NCBI GenBank assembly: GCA_040261965.1
Contig: JBDQNA010000001.1
Coordinates: 1-24,280, forward strand
Length of the DNA stretch: 24,280 bases
Reading direction: 5' to 3'
Origin: Flavobacteriaceae bacterium
Lineage (GTDB): Bacteria > Bacteroidota > Bacteroidia > Flavobacteriales > Flavobacteriaceae
Shown: positions 9,172 through 16,429 of the stretch, piece after piece
Layout: each line of letters opens with the position of its first letter
How positions within the stretch are numbered: the stretch's first letter is position 1
Program-made: the position numbers and the translations under genes
Notes under the pieces: generated by a model
What the model saw: only the letters and a program-made list of their open reading frames with translations
Database searches by the model: none
What the model was told of the DNA's origin: nothing

Positions 9172-10410
9172 CTATTTTTTAGAAACACTAAAGTCTGCAT
9201 AAGCCGACATGCCGTGTTCAGCATCGTCAAGCCCTCCAATTTCATGTTCTTTAGTTACGCGCAGTCCTATTGTTGCATTTACAACAAGCACTATGAGTAA
9301 TGCACTCAAAACACAGAAAGCACCAACAATACCTACTCCTGCGAGTTGTAGCATAAACTGCTTGGCACTAGCCATATTACCAAAGATACCTACAGCAAGC
9401 GTCCCCCACATTCCTGCAAAAAGGTGAACGGCAATAGCGCCTACCGGATCATCTAATTTTAGTTTTTCAAGCAATGCGATGGCAAGTACAACAATAATAC
9501 CGCCAATACCGCCAATAATCATGGCTTCGCCTGTCGACATTTGATCTGCTCCAGCTGTTATGGCAACTAATCCACCAAGAACACCATTCATAAACATGGT
9601 TAAATCATAGTTTTTGTAAAGTATGTGTGAAAATATTGAAGCTACAATCCCACCTGCTGCTGCAGCTAAACTTGTGGTCACAAGTACCAATGAAGTCGTT
9701 GCAGGATCAGCAGATAATACTGAGCCACCATTAAAGCCAAACCAGCCTAACCAGAGGATAAGAACCCCCCCAGCCGCTAAAGGCATATTGTGGCCAAAAA
9801 TTGGGTTTGAAGTTCCATCGGCGCTGTATTTGCCAATACGTGCCCCCAAAAAGTATATGGTGATAAGCGCTGCCCATCCTCCGACAGAGTGTACAAGCGT
9901 AGATCCCGCAAAGTCATAAAACCCCCAATGGGATAGAAATCCGCCTCCCCATTGCCATGAACCTACGATAGGGTATATAATCCCAACGTATAATATGGCT
10001 ATTACAAAAAAGGCCTCTAGCTTGATGCGTTCTGCAACAGCTCCAGAAATGATGGTAGCAGCAGTGGCAGCAAACATCCCTTGAAACAAGAAATCTGTCC
10101 ACCAAGTATAACCACCACTTGCATAAGTAGCAGTCATGCCTCCTTCAGGTGGAGCAATACCCCACCCAGCAAATTTAAAAAAGCCAGTAGCTCCTTCTTC
10201 AAAACCGGGGTACATGAGGTTAAAACCAGCGAGTGCATACAGCAGTAGCCCAGCGGTAATAACAAAAAAGTTTTTGAATAAAATGTTAACGGTATTTTTT
10301 TGACGTGTCAGCCCTGCTTCAAGTAGCGAGAAGCCCATGTGCATAAAAAATACGAGTGCTGTACAGATCATCATCCATACATTGTTAGCAGTAAATAGTG
10401 CAGTGTCCAT
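9172..10410 (-). CDS. amtB: Ammonium transporter (Amt family), distal copy
   Basis: DFAGSTLVHSVGG and DDPVGAIAVH (twin His), WLGWFGFNGGS, GLDDAEHG. It lies directly downstream of the PII gene. Confidence 0.96.
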   Translation of the reverse strand: MDTALFTANNVWMMICTALVFFMHMGFSLLEAGLTRQKNTVNILFKNFFVITAGLLLYALAGFNLMYPGFEEGATGFFKFAGWGIAPPEGGMTATYASGGYTWWTDFLFQGMFAATAATIISGAVAERIKLEAFFVIAILYVGIIYPIVGSWQWGGGFLSHWGFYDFAGSTLVHSVGGWAALITIYFLGARIGKYSADGTSNPIFGHNMPLAAGGVLILWLGWFGFNGGSVLSADPATTSLVLVTTSLAAAAGGIVASIFSHILYKNYDLTMFMNGVLGGLVAITAGADQMSTGEAMIIGGIGGIIVVLAIALLEKLKLDDPVGAIAVHLFAGMWGTLAVGIFGNMASAKQFMLQLAGVGIVGAFCVLSALLIVLVVNATIGLRVTKEHEIGGLDDAEHGMSAYADFSVSKK

Positions 10411-10420
10411 TAATGTTTGT

Positions 10421-10759
10421 TTAGTTTAAAGTGTATCTGCCTTTTTCGCCCGTTCTAATGCGGTAGGCTTCCTCAACGGGGAGAACAAATATTTTTCCAT
10501 CACCAATGTTTCCCGTCCCACCAGCTTCGATAATGGCCTGTACAGCCGGCTCAACAAAGTCGTCATTTACCACTATTGAGAGCATTCTGCGTTCAATAGC
10601 GGAAGTACTATAGGATACTCCTCTATATACACGCCCTTTATTTTCATTCCCAAGGCCAGTTACATCCCAATAACTGAAAAATGTAACCCCAGCTTCGTGG
10701 AGTTTGTTTTTTACATCCTCAAACTGCGTTTTTCGGATGAGTGCTTCTATTTTTTTCAT
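10421..10759 (-). CDS. glnK: P-II family nitrogen regulator (GlnK/GlnB-like)
   Basis: 112 aa from ATG 10759. MKKIEALIR, YRG T-loop, TGNIGDGKIFV, RIRTGE. Adjacent to amt. Confidence 0.93.
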   Translation of the reverse strand: MKKIEALIRKTQFEDVKNKLHEAGVTFFSYWDVTGLGNENKGRVYRGVSYSTSAIERRMLSIVVNDDFVEPAVQAIIEAGGTGNIGDGKIFVLPVEEAYRIRTGEKGRYTLN

Positions 10760-10787
10760 TTTTAAATAATTAAGGCGCAAGTATAAT

Positions 10788-10821
10788 AAAAATAAAGGGA
10801 TTGAGTAGACTCAATCCCTTT
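10788..10821 (-). terminator. Perfect hairpin, probable intrinsic terminator, between the first amt and the PII gene
   Basis: AAAGGGATTGAGT-AG-ACTCAATCCCTTT (13-bp perfect inverted repeat), followed on the minus strand by ATTTTT. Confidence 0.7.
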
Positions 10822-10880
10822 CACATTATAAACTATCTAATTAACAAACTAACTACTAACTAAATTAAGTTTAAAAATTT

Positions 10881-12158
10881 TTATGGATTTAGATCGCTGT
10901 TGAAAGCAAGCTCTCCGTGTTCTGCCATATCTAGGCCTTTTAACTCGTCTTCTTTTGAAACACGTATTCCAATAGTTACTTTAAGTACGTACAAAACAAT
11001 TAAAGAAGTGATCACCGCCCAAGCGCCGTATGCAGCAACTCCTATCGCTTGAATGCCAAGTTGAGAAGCACCACCACCGTTTAATAAGCCAATTCCTGTT
11101 GCGCCATCAACGCCCCAAAGACCTATAACGAGCGTACCCCAAGCACCAACTACACCATGTGCAGAAGCAGCTCCAATAGCGTCATCAATCTTAAGTTTTT
11201 TCTCAATAAACTCAATGGAGAATACCACAATAATACCACCAACTAAACCAGCCAAGAAACCACCTTCAAATGTCATATTACCACAACCTGCAGTAATGGC
11301 AACCAAACCAGCAATTGCGCCGTTTAATGTTTGGGATAAACTAGGTTTCCCAAGGTATAACCAAGATGTAAACAATGCGCCAAGTGCACCAGCAGCAGCA
11401 GCAATGTTGGTAACCATAACAACAGCTGAAGCAGCAATTGAGTCGTCACCTCCCCAAGCAAGTTGAGAACCACCGTTGAAGCCAAACCATCCTAGCCAAA
11501 GGATAAATACACCTAAAGTTCCTAATAAAAGGTTACTTCCTGGAATAGCATTGACTTTTCCATCTTTATATTTTCCAAATCTTGGACCTACCATCCATGC
11601 AGCACATAAAGCCGCCCATCCACCAACAGAGTGAACAATTGAAGATCCTGCGAAGTCGATGAATCCGAGGTCAGCTAACCAAGCACCGTCTCCATACCAC
11701 TGCCATCCACCAGAAATAGGGTAAATGAAAGCTGTTAAGAATAATGTGAATATAATGTAAGTGCTGTATTTAGTTCTTCCTGCTACAGCTCCAGAAACGA
11801 TCGTGGCTGCAGTTGCAGCAAATACCGTCTGGAAGAATACATCGTGAGCACCAGCCCCTGGATTCATCCATATATCACTGATAGAAAGGAAACCAGATGC
11901 ATCCTTAGTTCCGTACATAAGCCCGTAACCTAGCGCCCAGAAACTAATCGTTCCTACGCTGATATCCATGAAATTTTTCATGGCAATATTAGCTGCGTTT
12001 TTAGCACGTGTTAATCCAGATTCTACTAGCGTAAATCCTGCTTGCATGAAGAAAACAAGAATTCCAGATAAAAGAATCCACAATATTGTAAAGTCTTCAT
12101 TTGCGTCAACAGCTACTGAAGACGTAATGATGTTTGGTATTGTAGTTAATAATGACAT
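10881..12158 (-). CDS. amt: Ammonium transporter (Amt family), proximal copy
   Basis: FFMQAGFTLVESG, DFAGSSIVHSVGG and DDAIGAASAH (twin His), WFGFNGGS, GLDMAEHG. Confidence 0.96.
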   Translation of the reverse strand: MSLLTTIPNIITSSVAVDANEDFTILWILLSGILVFFMQAGFTLVESGLTRAKNAANIAMKNFMDISVGTISFWALGYGLMYGTKDASGFLSISDIWMNPGAGAHDVFFQTVFAATAATIVSGAVAGRTKYSTYIIFTLFLTAFIYPISGGWQWYGDGAWLADLGFIDFAGSSIVHSVGGWAALCAAWMVGPRFGKYKDGKVNAIPGSNLLLGTLGVFILWLGWFGFNGGSQLAWGGDDSIAASAVVMVTNIAAAAGALGALFTSWLYLGKPSLSQTLNGAIAGLVAITAGCGNMTFEGGFLAGLVGGIIVVFSIEFIEKKLKIDDAIGAASAHGVVGAWGTLVIGLWGVDGATGIGLLNGGGASQLGIQAIGVAAYGAWAVITSLIVLYVLKVTIGIRVSKEDELKGLDMAEHGELAFNSDLNP

Positions 12159-12186
12159 ATCTTAAATTATTGTGATTAAAATTTAA

Positions 12187-13176
12187 TTAGAAAGAATAAA
12201 TAGCTGCCAATACGAATGAAGATAGGCTATCTGTTGCTCCGTCAGCATCCATGTAGTATGCGTCTGATGCAGTGTCAACTCTAAATTCTGGCTTAATAGT
12301 CATATTTCCAGAAGTGAAGCTTCCAGTAAGTGTGATAGAAGTATTGTCGCCATCACCAAAAGCACCTAAAGCACCATTTTCAGTAAAAGCCTCAAATCTT
12401 CCACCAAGTGTGAATGCGTCAGATAAAGCAACTTGTGGATAAAGTGCAACACCAGAGAACTCAATAGCATCATCCTCGTAAGTAGTTGCGTTTATGCCTA
12501 AGAAGAAACTGTCTGAAATATCAAGACCACCTGTAAAATCAAACTGCGTAGCACCTTGTCCAGTCAATAAGTTTAGGTATTGTCCGTATAGACCCAATTG
12601 AGCACCAAACATATAGTCATCACCCGTTGGTTGAGATTCTGTAGCGTCTGTAGTATTGAGTACACCAAGCATTAAAGAAACATCATCAGAAAGCGCAATA
12701 TCAGCTTTTAAACCTGTGTGTGAGAAAGGTCCGTAAGAGAACATGTATGATGTAGAATAGTTAAAGTTAGCAGCAGGAGAAATTACTTCATATCCTAAGA
12801 AAGTATTGAAGTTACCAAGTGTCAACGTGAAGCTATCGCTTACATTATAATATACATATAATTGATTAACAATACTTGAAGATCCTGAAGAACCAAAAAC
12901 GGCATCTGCACCTCTTGGTCCATACACCAAATCAGCAACAAAACCTGATTTCTCTCCTTCATAAGAAAGTACAATGTTAGCCATACCAAGCGAAAAGCCG
13001 TTTAGGTTAGCAAAAGAAGTACCCGGAGCATACTCACTACTCCTGTAATAAGAGTCAACGGTACCAGAAACACTGAATGTTGACTCCTCTTGGGCTTGTA
13101 CAGTAGTCATTCCTCCGAATACTAAAAAAGCTACAAGAGCTGAAAACGTTAAAATAGATGATAAATTATTTTTCAT
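12187..13176 (-). CDS. Outer-membrane beta-barrel porin (OmpL-like/BBP2 type)
   Basis: Signal peptide ending VQA/QEE, alternating beta-strands, IVNQLYVYY, GNFNTFLGYEVISP, NYSTSYMFSYGPF, C-terminal Phe (AAIYSF). Family assignment is from recall of motifs. Confidence 0.8.
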   Translation of the reverse strand: MKNNLSSILTFSALVAFLVFGGMTTVQAQEESTFSVSGTVDSYYRSSEYAPGTSFANLNGFSLGMANIVLSYEGEKSGFVADLVYGPRGADAVFGSSGSSSIVNQLYVYYNVSDSFTLTLGNFNTFLGYEVISPAANFNYSTSYMFSYGPFSHTGLKADIALSDDVSLMLGVLNTTDATESQPTGDDYMFGAQLGLYGQYLNLLTGQGATQFDFTGGLDISDSFFLGINATTYEDDAIEFSGVALYPQVALSDAFTLGGRFEAFTENGALGAFGDGDNTSITLTGSFTSGNMTIKPEFRVDTASDAYYMDADGATDSLSSFVLAAIYSF

Positions 13177-13220
13177 AATGTAATGTTTAGTTAATTATTT
13201 ATTTTGAATTAATAATGAGC

Positions 13221-13228
13221 CAAAAGTA
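13221..13228 (-). promoter_or_regulatory. Housekeeping sigma -7 box (TACTTTTG) for the porin-amt operon
   Basis: Plus strand CAAAAGTA, 44 nt upstream of the porin ATG. Confidence 0.6.
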
Positions 13229-13241
13229 TACTAATTAGTGT

Positions 13242-13268
13242 TTACCCCCTTATTAAATTAGGGGGTAA
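13242..13268. promoter_or_regulatory. Palindromic candidate operator B1 (TTACCCCCT-N9-AGGGGGTAA)
   Basis: Perfect 9-bp arms, overlapping the expected -33 position of the porin-amt promoter. Confidence 0.65.
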
Positions 13269-13298
13269 GTGTATATATTTATATAAAAAATAATATTA

Positions 13299-13317
13299 AC
13301 CCCATTAAAATAGGGGT
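13299..13317. promoter_or_regulatory. Palindromic candidate operator B2 (ACCCC-ATTAAAATA-GGGGT)
   Basis: Centre is 53 bp from B1; the core is nearly identical to site A2. Confidence 0.6.
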
Positions 13318-13355
13318 ATAATAAAATTTATATGCTTTTTTTGTTTATAGTGTTG

Positions 13356-13733
13356 CTAAAACTGCTTATGCAATAACATTCCAGCATATATACAGGCCAT
13401 TCCTAGCGTAAAAGTGCCAATACTGTAAATAAAGAAGTTGAAAAGCTGGCCTTGCTCAATAAAGCGCATGTTCTCTAATGTAAAAGTGGAAAAGGTAGTC
13501 AGGCCGCCACAAAAGCCAACAGCCAATAACATATGCTGCGTATTGGATACAGAAGACTTTGTGCTGAGAAAACCCATAAGTAAGCCCAACAACAAACACC
13601 CTATTATATTTGCGATAAGTGTTGCCAAAGGTAACTGAGGAGATATGGGCTTTATCAAGAGTCCTATACTATATCTAAAAAGGCTTCCAAGCCCCCCACC
13701 TAGAAAAACGAGTAAGAAAGAAATCATATTCAT
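13356..13733 (-). CDS. crcB: Fluoride efflux channel Fluc/CrcB
   Basis: GGGLGSLFRY, ATLIANIIGC, GFCGGLTTFSTF. Start at 13733 or 13727. Confidence 0.93.
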   Translation of the reverse strand: MNMISFLLVFLGGGLGSLFRYSIGLLIKPISPQLPLATLIANIIGCLLLGLLMGFLSTKSSVSNTQHMLLAVGFCGGLTTFSTFTLENMRFIEQGQLFNFFIYSIGTFTLGMACIYAGMLLHKQF

Positions 13734-13734
13734 G

Positions 13735-13917
13735 CTACACGATGCTTTTAACACCTACCAGTAAGCTGACAAAAATTAAAAAGCCTATCAACACCCAAAA
13801 ACTTCCTTTAAAATATTTTTTACTTTTTTGTTTGTCCTTTTTGTAGCTATATATAATGACGAAAGTGAAGCTTACAATAAAAAAAAGGGCAAAAATCAAT
13901 TGACCGTTGCTGAACAT
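13735..13917 (-). CDS. Small two-helix membrane protein (60 aa), function unknown
   Basis: MFSNGQLIFALFFIVSFTFVIIYSY-KKDKQKSKKYFK-GSFWVLIGFLIFVSLLVGVKSIV: two hydrophobic segments with a basic loop. Its stop lies 1 nt before crcB. Confidence 0.7.
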   Translation of the reverse strand: MFSNGQLIFALFFIVSFTFVIIYSYKKDKQKSKKYFKGSFWVLIGFLIFVSLLVGVKSIV

Positions 13918-13946
13918 AATGTTATTTTTAGCGAAATTATAAAAAA

Positions 13947-14330
13947 ATGCAAGACCAACTTGATGCAGTAGCGGCATTTCACAAAGCCTTTGGGGTAGGA
14001 GTCGCTCAAAAGCCAACAGCTACAACAGCCAAACACATATTAAATTTACGCCACAGATTGATGGCAGAGGAGAACGAAGAATACCTTGAAGCAGCAAATA
14101 GCAATGACTTGGTTGAAGTGGCCGATGCCCTTGGTGACATGCTCTATATATTATGTGGCACCATACTTACACACGGCATGCAACACATAATTGAAGATGT
14201 CTTTGCAGAAATTCAGGACAGTAACATGAGCAAACTTGGCGTAGATGGCAAGCCTATTTATAGGGAAGATGGTAAGGTAATGAAGGGGCCTAATTACAGG
14301 CGTCCAGATTTAAATCAGTTTTTGGACTAG
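13947..14330 (+). CDS. Nucleoside triphosphate pyrophosphohydrolase, MazG-like (PRA-PH/DR2231-type)
   Basis: LMAEENEEYL, EVADALGDMLY, EIQDSNMSK, REDGKVMKGPNY. Confidence 0.88.
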   Translation: MQDQLDAVAAFHKAFGVGVAQKPTATTAKHILNLRHRLMAEENEEYLEAANSNDLVEVADALGDMLYILCGTILTHGMQHIIEDVFAEIQDSNMSKLGVDGKPIYREDGKVMKGPNYRRPDLNQFLD

Positions 14331-15388
14331 TCACAAACTTTATAGCGCCAATGAAATGGATCCTCAGTATTGTTATATTGAATATCCATCAATTTTTCCT
14401 TTAACATAAGGGCATAGCTATTTTCTGGCAGTGGAGTTTCAAATTTTTCTCCTTTGTAGCCAAAACCTTCAATGGTTTGGACTACTACGGCCGTACCGCT
14501 ACCAAAAATCTCAAGTAGGGTACCAGATTTTGATGCTTCAATAAGTTCAGCAACACGAAGCATGCGCACTTCTGTTTTTAATCCTAAATGCTTTGCTAAA
14601 TCCAAAATACTCTTTCTTGTAACACCATCTAAAATACTGTCACTTATTGGCGCCGTAATTAGGGTGTCACCAATGCGAAAGAATAAATTCATGGTGCCAG
14701 CCTCTTCGATATATTCGTGAGTGGCAGCATCAGTCCATATTACTTGTTGGTATCCTTCGCTTTTTGCCAATTGGGTTGGGTAGAATTGACCTCCATAGTT
14801 ACCAGCTGCCTTAGCATAGCCTGTACCGCCTTGAGGGGCGCGACTGTAATGATCTGCAATTTTTACACGAACCTCACCACCATAATAACTGCTTACCGGT
14901 GCACAAATAATCATAAAACGATATTCGGTTGCAGCAGATGCTTGAACCCCTGCTTGAGAAGCAAAAACAAATGGTCTCACATATAACGAATTTCCTTTTC
15001 CTGCTTTTACCCACGCCTTGTCAAGAGTAATGAGCTGTTTCATGCCATCTAGAAAAAGGGCTTCTGGAAATTGTGGTATCGCAAGGCGTTCGGCAGACTT
15101 ATTAATGCGCTTTGCGTTCTGATCAGGTCTAAACAACCAAACACTGCCCTGATCATCTTTGAATGCTTTCATGCCCTCAAATACAGCTTGACCGTAGTGT
15201 AAAACACTTGCAGCAGGAGAAAGTTCCATGGGTGCATAAGGTACAATCTTTGGGGTCTGCCATTGACCGTCACGATAGTCGCAAACAAACATGTGATCCG
15301 AAAAAGTAGATCCGAATGTAAGATTGCTAAAATCAACGGTATCTATTTTAGATGCTGTTGAGGGTGTTATGTGTATTGATGAGTTCAC
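14327..15388 (-). CDS. ilvE: Branched-chain amino acid aminotransferase
   Basis: FGSTFSDHM, LHYGQAVFEGMKA, LFRPDQN, AKAAGNY (PLP Lys), EEAGTMN, ILDGVTR, GSGTAVVV. Start inferred at GTG 15388 (353 aa). Confidence 0.93.
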   Translation of the reverse strand: MNSSIHITPSTASKIDTVDFSNLTFGSTFSDHMFVCDYRDGQWQTPKIVPYAPMELSPAASVLHYGQAVFEGMKAFKDDQGSVWLFRPDQNAKRINKSAERLAIPQFPEALFLDGMKQLITLDKAWVKAGKGNSLYVRPFVFASQAGVQASAATEYRFMIICAPVSSYYGGEVRVKIADHYSRAPQGGTGYAKAAGNYGGQFYPTQLAKSEGYQQVIWTDAATHEYIEEAGTMNLFFRIGDTLITAPISDSILDGVTRKSILDLAKHLGLKTEVRMLRVAELIEASKSGTLLEIFGSGTAVVVQTIEGFGYKGEKFETPLPENSYALMLKEKLMDIQYNNTEDPFHWRYKVCD

Positions 15389-15392
15389 ACAA

Positions 15393-15400
15393 CAAAAGTA
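15393..15400 (-). promoter_or_regulatory. -7 box (TACTTTTG) immediately before the ilvE GTG
   Basis: Plus strand CAAAAGTA, 4 nt from the inferred start codon. Confidence 0.5.
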
Positions 15401-15451
15401 TAAAAATCTTGGGTGCACAATTCTAGGTAGCTTAAATTTACCAAAAAAAAG

Positions 15452-16369
15452 ATGCATATTCTCATAACAGGTGCTAGTGGATTGGTTGGTAGATCGCTCA
15501 TATATGCCTTGGAACAAAGGGATTATCGCATTTCAACACTCTCTACAAGCAAGCATTCAAAACCTGTTTCAGCCCGTATTAAAACACACTATTGGAGTCC
15601 TAGCAAGGGTATTTTAGACGGAAAAGCACTTGATGGAGTTGATGTAATCATCAGTTTGGCAGGTGCCAAAGTCAATCAACGCTGGACAAAAAAAAATAAA
15701 AAAGCTATTTTAGATAGCCGCATTAACGGAACCCAGCTCATTCAAAATGCGCTCAAAAACAAACCCAATCACAGGGTTACACATTTTATAAGCGCATCTG
15801 CCGTTGGTCTTTATCCTTCAGCTTTTGATAAAACCTATAATGAGAATGAAACCAAAGTTTCGGATTCCTTTACAGGTGAGGTTGTGGCTGCCTGGGAACA
15901 ACAAGTAGCGGCAATAGCGCCTTATGTTACGCACATTAGTATAATAAGAATTGGCTTAGTCTTGGCGCGTTCTGGAGGCGCACTAATCCCATTAGCAACA
16001 CCTGCTTCATTTGGTTTGGGCGCATGGTTTGGTTCTGGAAAGCAATGGCAGTCTTGGATTCACATTCAAGACTTGGTTCAATTGTTTATGTTTGCAATGA
16101 ATCATCCTGGAACCTATAATGGTGTCTCCCCAAATCCAGTGACTCAAAAACAGTTGGTCAAGGCTATTTCAAGGCAATACAAAATGCCCCAATGGTTGCC
16201 TGGCATACCTGCTTTTTTAATTAAGATGGCAATGGGGAAAATGGCCAGCATACTTTTTGATAGTATTCGTGTTTCCAGCGCACACGTGCAAGAACAAGGA
16301 TTTTCTTTTGTTTTCCCGTCAATTCAAGAGGCGCTTCAAGATTTATTACCCCTTAATTCAAAAAAGTAG
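15452..16369 (+). CDS. TIGR01777/YfcH-like NAD-dependent epimerase/oxidoreductase
   Basis: ILITGASGLVG, ISLAGA, WTKKNKKAILDSRI, SASAVGLY, RIGLVL, GSGKQWQSWIHIQD, NGVSPNPV. Confidence 0.9.
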   Translation: MHILITGASGLVGRSLIYALEQRDYRISTLSTSKHSKPVSARIKTHYWSPSKGILDGKALDGVDVIISLAGAKVNQRWTKKNKKAILDSRINGTQLIQNALKNKPNHRVTHFISASAVGLYPSAFDKTYNENETKVSDSFTGEVVAAWEQQVAAIAPYVTHISIIRIGLVLARSGGALIPLATPASFGLGAWFGSGKQWQSWIHIQDLVQLFMFAMNHPGTYNGVSPNPVTQKQLVKAISRQYKMPQWLPGIPAFLIKMAMGKMASILFDSIRVSSAHVQEQGFSFVFPSIQEALQDLLPLNSKK

Positions 16370-16375
16370 TGTCAT

Positions 16376-16409
16376 TTTGACATAGAAGTTTTTTTGGCAG
16401 TACTTTTGC
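16376..16409 (+). promoter_or_regulatory. grpE-dnaJ promoter: housekeeping TTTG-N21-TACTTTTG overlapping a sigma54-type TGGCAGTACTTTTGC
   Basis: TTTG at 16376-16379, -7 box at 16401-16408, and a -24/-12 pattern at 16395-16409 with canonical GG/GC spacing. Confidence 0.65.
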
Positions 16410-16429
16410 CACATAATTCAAAAACAATT

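Noticed and set aside
10828-10880. AACT/CTAA low-complexity run after amt
   Set aside because: The units are irregular, with no fixed repeat-spacer structure. It looks like an ordinary U-rich 3' UTR, not a CRISPR array or tandem repeat.
13242-13268. B1 as a CIRCE element (9-9-9 geometry) or as the crcB terminator
   Set aside because: The arms (TTACCCCCT) differ from CIRCE (TTAGCACTC) and the downstream genes are not chaperones. On the crcB strand the hairpin is followed by ACAC, not a U tract. The equivalent sites at 855-928 lie between divergent genes, where no terminator is needed.
13734-13760. Fluoride riboswitch upstream of crcB
   Set aside because: There is no intergenic space and no GGCGATGG...CGCC-type motif.
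4351-16429. Extended N-termini in the ORF track (4351, 4976, 6573, 9105, 10780, 13754, 14016, 15517, 16394)
   Set aside because: They overlap neighbouring genes or promoter boxes. Downstream starts give family-typical lengths or signal peptides.
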